From positions 192,827-256,826 of the forward strand of contig NW_003314358.1 in assembly GCF_000143415.4 (NCBI RefSeq): a DNA stretch of 64,000 bases, read 5' to 3'. Shown here piece by piece: positions 10,877 to 20,900 of this stretch. A program made the translations under genes and the position numbers. The notes beneath the pieces were generated by a model. The model searched no databases, was not told the origin of the DNA, and saw nothing but the letters and a program-made list of their open reading frames with translations. Numbering within the stretch: position 1 is the first letter of the stretch; each line of letters begins with the position of its first letter. The stretch comes from Selaginella moellendorffii. Taxonomy: Eukaryota > Plantae > Lycopodiophyta.

Positions 10877-13800
10877 ATGGCCTTCAGGGTTGGGGAAAAG
10901 GTTTACATTATGAATGGTGGGAAGAGAGTTGCAAAAGGGACCCTTGTGTCTATGGATCGGAACTTTGTTATACACTGTCAAAGGCTTGGGGAAGGCAATG
11001 CTGCTGTATCAGTAGAGACTGTCTTCGATGGGAATGTGGTCGCTATTGAACGAGGAGAGATGGTCGTCGGGGTAAATGTTGTTGTTGCCTTGAAAAATCT
11101 TCAGAAGAAAGCAGATGTTGGGGACAGCGCAAGTGCGACGCATGTTCCCTCCGTGGATCTTAAGAACCGTGCTACATGGATTTAGGCGAAGGTGTTTCTA
11201 AACAACCCCGAGGGGGAGGTGGTAGCTAAGGGCTTAGCCATAGTTGTCGATCCAAGAGATGTGGTTGCTAATCAAAAATTGGGCTGGGATGATATTGGAG
11301 TTGCGATTTTAGAGGTTGTTGACACAGAAGAAAACAGTCTGACTATTGGAAGCATTGTGCGGTGGAAATTGAGGCACTTAGTGTTTGAGAATGTGAAGGA
11401 TTCACAATCAAACACCACTACAACTGATGACAGAACATCTTTTCATGGGAAAAGAAAGTACACTTTCCTAAAGCGCAGCCAAAGGGATCTGAGCAACGAA
11501 CCGAAAAGGCAGAAAATGGTGATGGAGGTTCGAATGGTCTCGACAGTTGCTTGTTGCAAGAGGAGGTGCTGTCAACATGCTGATTGGGATGCTATTGAAG
11601 AGGAGAGAGCAAGATACAAGACATTGTCCTGGAAGGCAACTCGCAATTTTGTGTATAAGGCATTACGGTCATCTGTTGATGCTTCAGAACATCAGGTGGG
11701 GGGCATGGTCTTCCAGAGGGGTTTGGTCTGCATGAAGGCATGGAGAATCATTTATGGAGTCCCTCGAACCACATTCTACAGAATCAAAACTGAGTTCGAG
11801 GAACAAAGGGTTCAACAGGCAGTCCATGGGAACGACGGTACGCACAAAACCAGGGGTCATGTTGTATATGGAGAGGCAATCTTCAAGAGGTTTGTCGAGA
11901 CATGTAGCGAGCAGCAACCACATAAAACCCGCCTCTTGGAAGATGGAACACGAGACACCCAACGAGTTCTCCCTTCCATGTATACCAAGGGGGCCATATT
12001 GGAAGATGTGAATCGGGAACTCCAGAGTAATGGCTACAGGAAGCTGAGCCAATCTAGATTTAGTAGATTGTGGAGCAACAGGTTTAGGGATGTGAGTATA
12101 GGAAAGTACTCCAGCTTTTCAAAGTGTGACGAGTGCACTGCTATCAAAATGGCTTTGTCGAAGAATTCTTGCAGCGCTCAAGAGCGAGAGATGTTGGTTA
12201 GAAGGCGGCTCGACCACAACATCGAGCAGAGAAGCTGCAGGACTGCATATTATCATAACAGGATTCTCTCCATGGAGAGACCTGACTCTTACCTCTACAT
12301 CATCCACGACAAAATGGACCAGAAAAAGACGTGCTTACCTCGACTCAATCCTGCCCCCAAGGCAATCTCTTCATCCATGCAGTTGCCTGTGTCTCTGTTT
12401 GGCATAATCGCTCATGGGCATGGTGCCCAGAACTATGGGAACTTCTTTGTACCTCTATGGGGTGGCGGGGGTGCAAACATGATGATTGCGTCCCTAGCAA
12501 AACACTTAAGGTCTCTGCAAAGTGCGCAGACTGAGCTGAACGACCAACCATTGCATAAGGCCCTTGTCGATCGAACCCCATACAGGGTTCAGCTGGAGGA
12601 GGAGCAAAGGCTTGCAGTATCGCGTGGGGCCCTATGCCATCCCAGTGAATATGTTTGCCGTCAGATTGTAGGGTTATCACGTGAGGCCTCATGCCATTCC
12701 GACGAGGCTGGTCGCCCGGTGAATGCACAACCTCATCCAAACGAAGCAGAATCTCAAGGAAGTTCTTGCGGCCGATGTGGCCTTCCACCCCATCTTCTGC
12801 TCTAAACAGACAATGCTGGTAGTGAGAACAAAAACATGTACGTCTTCGCGTACTTGGCGATCCTTTTTGCCAAAGGCATATTTGAAACGGTTACACTTGG
12901 CTTTCTCATGGTTGGGCACACTCATGAAGACGTCGATGCCATGTTCAGTCACCTGGCAGAGTCCCTCCGGCGATCCAATGTCCTCACCCTCCCACAACTC
13001 TACGATGAATTCCAAAATTGCATCAAAGGCATTGTTGAAGCTGCACTTCTGACAGAGGTTCCAGACTTTAAGGGGTTTGTAAGAGGCTACATCAGGGACG
13101 GATCTAAAACGCTGATTAGCCACTCCAAGCCTCTTCAGTTTCATTTCAGCATGTGTGACGGTGCTCCAGTGATGAGGTACAAGATGAGAGAATGGGACAC
13201 AGTGTGGCTGCCAGTGGACGGCATTGAACTCTTCAAGAGAGATCCCATAACTGGGGAACCTATGATTCCTCAGGGTTCCCCACGGCCGATGCACCCGGAT
13301 GGACTCAAAGACCAGGAAAGTATAGTGGCCGGGATTAGATAGCATATTGCCTTCTGGAAGAGGGGGTTGGTGTTTGGTGGAGAATCCTATTTTCAGAGGT
13401 GCAAGCCTTTGCTCGAATACTGGGAGAAGATTATATCTGCTATCCAAAATGGGCCGGTTGTATATGAAGAATTGGAAGAGTCCTTTTGGCCAGAACCCAG
13501 AGCACCAGATAGTAGCGGAACAATGTCCTCTGGAAATGCAGTGACAGATAACGATGTTGAGGATCACTATTGTGGGCCGAGGAACAAGAAGCCGGATTCA
13601 GCATTCAATCCAGTACAGGTCTGCAAAGGAATGGTCGTGCTTGTCAGACCCAGTAATAAAAAACAAATGATATGGGTGGGGCGCTACATCACTGATGCAG
13701 AGGAGGACACGGAAACTAACTCCTTCAATGTAACTGTGGAGTGGTTCAAGCCAAGTTCCGGATATACGAAGGATTGCCTAGAAAAGAGATGGGTGCTGAA

Positions 13801-14018
13801 TCCAAGGGATCCCAGCATGAGCATATTGGTGGATAATGTTGTGCATGGTTGGATGCGGAAGCAGAGTGCCACCATCACCTTGCCAGACCATGCAAGAGAT
13901 GCAGCAAGAGCATTCATAACCCGGGTTCAAGGTGAGATTCATTAATATTCCTTTACTAAGTTTCTAATGTATTTTATTTCAAGGTGAACAATCCGAATCT
14001 GAATCAGAGGAGGCCTGA
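10877..14018 (+). pseudogene. DDE transposase (Sola-like) with two N-terminal Tnp1/En-Spm-like beta domains and a C-terminal SH3/Tudor-like domain; three in-frame stops
   Basis: ORFs 10877, 11192, 12836 and 13367 share one frame, separated by TAG 11183, TAA 12803 and TAG 13340; motifs FSKCDEC, IIHDKMDQKKT, LLL*TDNAGSENKN, FLMVGHTHEDVDAMFS; last intron 13932-13983. Confidence 0.85.
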
Positions 14019-14233
14019 AATAGTGTGTGAGGTAAAACAAAGATGATGTGACATATGCATTTACCAATCACACGTGCATAAATCTAATAATATGGCGTGT
14101 GGCCCATATTAATGGCACATAAACCCATATTGTGGGCTTACGTGCTTTATGTACCATCATTCCCTTGCAGCGTGTGTGTTGGTTTCCTTTTATAACACAA
14201 CGAACTCCATATTTTAGGGTGAAGAGCGTTCTC

Positions 14234-14491
14234 ATGGCAAGCACAAAATCTGTAAGTGAGGCAAAAAAGGAGACAGAGAAGGAGATAGGTGAAGATGTAG
14301 AATATATAAGTCTTCCAAACTCCCCGTACTATACTCCAGGTGATCATTTTTCTGAACAAACGGCAACATTAACAACTATCGAGAACGCCCCAGTAACGTC
14401 AGAGACAACAATCCAAAGCAAAACAACTGACCCGGAGAAGGATGATAGTACCGCTGAGAGTACCAAAAAGGAGGTGTCCACTAGCGCTTAG
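14234..14491 (+). CDS. Small acidic Thr/Glu-rich ORF inside the transposon, function unknown
   Basis: ATG at 14234 just after a TTTTAG acceptor; 85 codons; flanked by palindromes. Confidence 0.3.
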   Translation: MASTKSVSEAKKETEKEIGEDVEYISLPNSPYYTPGDHFSEQTATLTTIENAPVTSETTIQSKTTDPEKDDSTAESTKKEVSTSA

Positions 14492-15125
14492 GCTTATAAT
14501 GGCGTGTGCCCTCATGCCATTTACTTGATCACCAAATACCTTTTTCCCTTTGCACTAGTATATCTTAATACCGGTCTGAGAAATAGAATGGCATGTGCCC
14601 TCAGGCCTTTTACTAAATCACCTTTGAAAGAAATGCAAGCCTCTATGTCGTAAAAAAAAGGTACTAGAGAAATTCCTTAATAATATGAATGTTATTTAGT
14701 TTCATGAAAATTTCAAGGGTCAAATGAGTTAAATGACTTCTCCAGACTAGCAATGCCTCTTGCTACACCTTCACAATTAGATTCGTTAGAAAAAGATAAC
14801 ATTGAATAATATCTAAATGTTCTCACCATTAAGTTATATGTCTGGCTAATAGGAATGACGTTCATCTTGGAAAGCTCACCACACGCTCAATGAATAAACA
14901 AATAGTGTGTGCGCGCATGCTATCGCTCTTCTTTAGCTTCAGATTCGGCTTGTTCACCTTGACAATGAGATTTATTATACAACCAGATGGACTCAGTCTG
15001 GACATAAAGTCACCGCGCTAGTCACCATGCCCCAGATATGTCTAGCCCCTGGACAAAAAACATATAATTTCATGTCATTTTCAAATACTTGAAAATTTGT
15101 ACCTAGTCCCATTTTACTGAATAAA

Positions 15126-15149
15126 TCCCACTTTAACGAAATAGAGCTT
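15126..15149 (-). repeat. Right terminal inverted repeat (24 bp)
   Basis: TCCCACTTTAACGAAATAGAGCTT followed by ATTC TSD. Confidence 0.95.
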
Positions 15150-15153
15150 ATTC

Positions 15154-16385
15154 CAAGAATGGTAGGTAACAATCACTATAAAGTGATTGAATTAATAGTA
15201 TATGTCAACCTTAGTATTTTTACAAAACAAATCTTGTCAAACATGAGGATTAATAGTAAGAGTACAAGGAGTTGCACCATGCATTATGAATACCACTATC
15301 AATTAAGTCTAATTTGTCAATTGCAACTGTAACATTAAGTAATTGTATTAATTACTACTTCAAAGTTCAAATAGGAGGAAAAAGCTACTGTAAAAGAAAA
15401 ATGTATTGTTCTACCATGAAGATGAACAAAAAGAAAATGAAAGGGAAAGAGAAAAAATGAAAAAGTTATAAGAACAAGAGAAATTTAGACAATGCAAAAA
15501 ACATAAAAAAAACAAATCTAAACACTCTTTAACGATAATCAAAATTATCTCTCACTTCCATAAAAATATTTATATTTAATTAGCTCAAAAACCATAACTT
15601 ATAAGTGGTTGGAATTGAAATTAATATAAAATCCCACTATGCTATATGGCATCACTAGACCTCACAAATATAAATATCATCTTGCTATTTATCTTTTTTT
15701 TAATATTATGTTTTAGTTTCACCTTGTGAGGTCCAAGGATACATCTACTATACCATATATTAATATTAGTGTAATGAGATTTTAGTAGCTGTCAAATTGG
15801 TTTTAATCTGAACCACTTGCTTTTATATATAAGCTAAAGTTTTTGGGTTAATTGATACATATTTTTATATTTCATTTCTATATTCTATGCACTCATATTA
15901 GTGGAGGTGAAAGGCATTTTTGATTGTCCCTAAGAAGTGTTTGGATTTAGGATTTTGTTTTAGATCTAGCTTTTGCATCATCTAGATCTCCCTTTCCTTA
16001 TAACTTTTTTAACTTCTACTCTTTTTTTTTTTCTTTTCGTTCATCTTCATGGTAGAGCAATAGTCTTTTCCTTTGACTCTGGAGTAATAATTAATGTATT
16101 TACTCGATGCTATATGGTTATAATTAAACAATCAAACTCAATTGATAACAGCATTATGGTGTGTAATATAGCTCCTCTTGCTTTTGTTGCCAATCCTTGC
16201 ATCCGACTAGAGTTCTTTTGCAGGAGTCCTAGGTATGATATTTACTATTGGTTTGATCACTTTACGGTGATTGTAACATATCATTCTTGGGATGATACTT
16301 GGCATTTGCATGAATTTCCCACATGTCTCCAAGGGGTGGCATTGCAATGGTACAATGGTTCAGGTGTAGCCATTCATGAGGATTG
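15154..16385. mobile_element. Old degraded repeat (Gypsy-associated), two oppositely oriented pieces; target of the later insertions
   Basis: Similar to 54760-55700; continues at 1700-1921 and 25417-25700. Confidence 0.7.
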
Positions 16386-16614
16386 TGTGAGACACAAAAT
16401 CCTTAGGCCCCAAAGTGGAGCTAGAAGGTGCCACGTGGTAGTGGCCGAAGCGAAAACCAAACGAGCGTAACACGTTTGGACTAAAAGCTCCGACTTGAAA
16501 GGTCGAGAGCGGGAGTGGAACTCCCAACAAAGTGCTCGAGGAATGAGCACGAAGCGAGCCATAAGCGAGGCTCTAAAAAGGGACCCGAAAGGACCAACAC
16601 ATGACACGTGGAAG

Positions 16615-16811
16615 TGTCCGAGATGGACCCGAAATGGAGTCTGATATGGAGTCCGAGATGGAGTCCGAGATGAAGTCCGAGGTGGACCCGAGATGAACCC
16701 GAGATGGACCCGAGATGGAGTCCGAGATGGAGTCCGAGATGGGACCCGAGATGGAGTCCGAGATGGGACTCGAGATGGAGTTCGAGATGGACCCGAGATG
16801 GAGTCCGAGAT
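16615..16811 (+). repeat. Hexamer-based satellite (GAGATG/GAGTCC/GGACCC) in LTR B, left part
   Basis: Direct reading. Confidence 0.9.
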
Positions 16812-17820
16812 TGTCGCGCATGTGACTTCGGGTATCGAAAGTTACCTGTCGACTAGTCCTTACGGACACTCTTACCTTACTGCCACGATGGCAGGAGGTC
16901 GGTATTGCTGGACCCGTTATCAGTTTCCCACTTGAGCTAGTTGAGAAACTGGTCAATGACCGTGTACTTAGATCGGATAAACATAAGGTAGGAACCCTAT
17001 GTGTTTCTTGCTGAGCATACTCGGCCTGGTTTGAGAAACTCCTGTCATTGGCTTGCACTTGCTAGTATCAAGAACCCCCGCGATATTGAGATTGGTCCCT
17101 CAACATCGCTAGATGATAGCTTACCGTGTCTGCCAAACACCCTCGCTATCATGCCCTTTGTGTTAGTCTCATTTCGGTCCCAAATGCTATTTATGGAAAG
17201 TGTCCAGATTTGCTCATTTGGCATATCTACAGAATGTAGAGATCGGCCTGAACACAATGGTGTTTGTCCCGTGTCCAAATTCGCAATCTAAGGACATTCC
17301 ATATTTAGTAAGTTTCGAGTTTGTCCCAGAGACTAACTCCTGATACTAAGGGAGGCTTGGGGTGAAAGCCCAAAGCGTGTGTTCCTCAAGGGGGGGGGGC
17401 TGTGGGGGGTTCCAAATGTATAGTAGGGATAGTGGGTAGGTCGGGTATGGCCGACCAACCTGAGGCATAGTCTAGCTTCCGCTTGCGTGCCTGTCCTTGT
17501 TCTGCGTCCGGCTTGGGCCTAAGCCCAAGTTCCATTCCATGCTAGTTGGTGGAGTACCCATGTCCTCGCGTTAGGCCACCGGTATGCCGAAATAGCGCCA
17601 GACTCCATTTGGCTCCGTTTTGCGTGCTGGTCCTGGCATTGGGATGCTGGTTACTCTAGGACTGTTCCAAGTCGCTCTGGGCTCCTGTCCCTTCGCTCCT
17701 TGGGCTTTATGCTCGGGAGTTGCTCCGTGGTTCGGTTCCGTCACTCCTTGGCTCCATGCTTGGGAGTTTGGCACCATTCCTTTGTTCAGTGGCCCAAGGC
17801 CCTGAACCTCGGGTTCCTAT

Positions 17821-17875
17821 GGACACGTGGCATGGACACGTGGCATGTGACACGTGGCATCTGTCACGTGGCACA
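17821..17875 (+). promoter_or_regulatory. Cluster of four CACGTGGC (G-box/ABRE-type) motifs in LTR A, repeated at 23968-24022
   Basis: GGACACGTGGCATGGACACGTGGCATGTGACACGTGGCATCTGTCACGTGGCAC. Confidence 0.6.
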
Positions 17876-17958
17876 AAGAGGGTTTAGGTTCCGCTTCGTG
17901 GTGTTATCCTATGGTAAATCACTATAGGATAAAGGGTCAAAACCACGTGCGCTACATT

Positions 17959-17969
17959 TGGTATCAGAG
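17959..17969 (+). other. Primer binding site complementary to initiator tRNA-Met
   Basis: TGGTATCAGAG two bases after the LTR end. Confidence 0.9.
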
Positions 17970-20900
17970 GATGAGTCTCAGCGAGTACTATTCAATGAGA
18001 TTGGGCAACTAGTCTCATTGCATACGCAGAGATGAAAACGATGATCTGAGTGGGTACACGTTTGGTGCAAAGGGTTCACATTCGTTCCTTGGGTATGGTT
18101 TTGGTTACCTTTTTGTACCTAATAATGGGAGCTTGAGCTTGGGCTCACAAAAGAGATTGAGTTGTTCCGGTTACACGAGTTTACGCTTGGGCTCGTGAGT
18201 GAGGCACATTAGCAACTTAAGGTTACACTTTGAGTTGGCAGGATTAATGTTAGCCTCTCAGTGGTTCCATGAGTTGTTCTAGTGGTTCCATGAGTTGTTC
18301 CATGTACCGTGGGTAAGAGCAAACCTTCCCTGAGTTTGCTATGAGTGGCAAATAGGCTGGTCCGTAGCTATTTAGCACGGCACTAGTAGATCCTTCCTAG
18401 GCATGATTACAAGTGGATCAATCAAGACTGTAGGGATTAGTCTATTGGTTCAAGTACTCATTGCCGTGCTCTCTCATAAACTTTTCTCGGATTGGACTAA
18501 AGGCAGTGCGAAAGCAAGCTTGAGGTTCACTCAGAGATAAGACCGAAAAGAGAGTTGTCAGGGATGAAGGATCAAACACGTAAATCATTTTCTCTTCTTG
18601 GAGAGATGATTAGCAACGAGGTGTGACTCATTGCCCGTATTCACATTATGCAATCAAGAGTCCCTATCTTGATGCATATTGGAAATGATAGTCTTGCAAG
18701 TGGTGAGTTGTGGGATGGATAGTGGTGAAACACTATACTATTTTGTCTAGGCTTGCTATTGGAAGACTTGGGTTGCAATGTTCAATTCTTTTCCGGAGAA
18801 CCTTGCTATTGCTCCTTGAGTAGCTTGGTGTTGGATTAGTTTTGAGTTTGGTTGGATAGAAAGTGGCATGAGCTTGTCCGTGTTGTGAACAAAAGTTAGT
18901 GGTGTTGAGTGTTGTAAATCTCTATCGGTGGAGTGTGGCATTTATGTTGCATTTTGTCGAATCGAGTTTGCACTTGATACTCACATAAACCTTTGAAGTA
19001 ATGACATAGACATTACTCGTGGTGTTGCTCAATTGATGATCAAATCATTGTGATTTCCATATCATATCCATGGGATAATGAGCAATGTGTTTACGAAGTT
19101 GCTTGGTTAAACAATGATCAACCCCAAAGTGGTTGATGGAGAAGCTAGTCTACTTACACGAAGTAGCATTGTAGTAGCTTTGACTGAGTTCTCATTAGTG
19201 GTTCATTATGCTAAGTTTAAGTTGGTTTCTTGTTTCCTTGAGGGTTTGCCCACTAAGGTGTTGGAAAGGGTTATAGCATTCATTTGCTATAGCTCAGTAG
19301 TTGATCCGTTAACACTTGGAGTAGATTGATGGATGGAGAAAGTGTGTAGTTGAAGCATTGACATTGCTAACACTTGTGTTAGTGAAAGTGGCATTGTTGT
19401 TTCAAGTGATGAGGATTTTCCTTAGAGCTTGATTTTCCATGTCATTTTTCTTGTTAGTGTTTTAGCTTCACATTGGATCTTGAAGGTGGTTGAAGAAGAG
19501 TGTTAGTGCAATATGGATATCCGAAGATGTGGTCTTCGTGATCAAGCCTTGGATGTTCCATTTGCATTTCACGGATGTCGGTGTTGGATGTCGGAGATAT
19601 GGGCAAAAAGATGTTCGATGCTTAAGCATACTATGGGTCATGAGAATTGGTGTTGAGGTGAACTTATGTGAAGTTGTTAGTAGAAAGAAGTTGGTTGAGT
19701 CTTGAAAGTTTGTATTTCTGGACTGAGAGTCATTCTTTCTCTAGGATTGGAAGATTTTCCACAAATTTTCTTAGACTTTTCCAATGGCTGATCTGTTATC
19801 ACTTTGTCCGAAAACCTTTCCGTTTTCGTAAGCCAGTACAAACTAGTGAAAAGGTTGGAGTTGACCTCGGTTAACTTAGACCTTGGCAAGTAGTTTGTAT
19901 GAAGCAGCCCGAAAGGGATGCTGACTTTTGGGGCTAAGGCAATTGAGTTGGATAGAGTCTGGAGTTAGTGTAGAAAAGTGGCCGTTGCACTTTTCTAGAA
20001 AGGTGACCCTTGTGCCTTTCTTTTGTAGCGTTATGCTTGGTGGCAGGTTGCACTTTGCATTTCGTTAGACTCTATGAGAGTAGTGAGCTCTCACTGATCT
20101 TGACTTGGTCTTGGTAGCCTTGCGCCTTGGCTGAGGATGGTGATGTCCAACTTAGTTGTTTGAGTTTGAGATATTAGTACCCATACTATAGCCTTGTCTA
20201 TGAGGAGGTTGTGTACCAACATGAGTCCATCTCGTGGTCTTCACTTGAGTTTCGACTTAGTGTTGATCATGTGTAGCTAGCCTCTTCAAGGCATACTCGG
20301 AGCTGTTGGCTAAATGCATTAGTGAGCTTATTGCGGTTGAGTTGGAGTTGAGTGGTCATTTAGTTTGTGCTTGTCCATGAATGTTTATCTCGATCTGGGG
20401 TATCACGTTCATGTTGGACAAGTATATGACTCGATGGCATGAGTTTAGTATTTGAGTCTTGTGAAGGCAAGTTGAGGGGTGATTGTTAGTTGCTTTGCGA
20501 CTAGTGATTGCTTGTAAACTTTGTCGAAAGACTGTGACACTTGCTTCACTCGATGATGATTTAGTGGTGATGGGTTTGCCTTACCGGATGGTGTCGCGGA
20601 GGATCGTGTCGTTAGACTTACATGGGTTTTCCATGTTGGCATATCGACTTTATCTTCTGTTGATATCATTTGGTTGCGTTTAGTTCGTGGTGTTGGATTT
20701 CATTGAGTCTTGGATGTGGTGATTCACTCCTTGATGAAGTGTTATCTGTAACTGAGTATTGTTGAAGGATTGGTCTCGGATACTGAGTAAAGTATCTTTG
20801 ACCTTGGTTAGCTTGGTTGCTAGAGAGTTTTGAGTGGTGATTCACTTTTGCTTTCTTCTAGCTTTGTTATGGTGTTAATGGCATTGAAGTGATGCCTTGT

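Larger units (their letters stand above)
2308..14923. repeat. Dispersed 22-bp palindrome ATGGCRTGWGGCCWCAYGCCAT, about 25 copies
   Basis: Copies start at 2308, 3385, 3460, 4792, 4933, 6423, 7789, 7849, 7926, 8705, 8840, 8999, 9078, 9918, 9990, 10605, 10703, 10773, 12619, 12676, 14092, 14499, 14588 and 14902, plus a half site at ~2025. Confidence 0.92.
1922..15149 (+). mobile_element. 13.2-kb DNA transposon (Sola-like), full length but inactivated, carrying cargo
   Basis: Perfect 24-bp TIR AAGCTCTATTTCGTTAAAGTGGGA (1922-1945, reverse complement at 15126-15149); ATTC TSD at 1918-1921 and 15150-15153; joined flanks reconstruct a repeat that is uninterrupted at ~55240-55440 and ~16230-16380; internal DDE transposase. 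Confidence 0.92.

Noticed and set aside
11183-13342. In-frame stops rescued by U-to-C editing or read-through
   Set aside because: This is a nuclear TE and such editing is organellar; ordinary C>T decay explains the stops.
2308-14923. Palindromic repeats as a CRISPR-like array
   Set aside because: Spacing is irregular (57 bp to 1.8 kb), copies lie in introns and exons, there are no cas genes, and the context is eukaryotic.
17001-17927. Identical short ORFs at 17.0-17.9 kb and 23.1-24.1 kb as duplicated genes
   Set aside because: They lie inside the two LTRs of one element.
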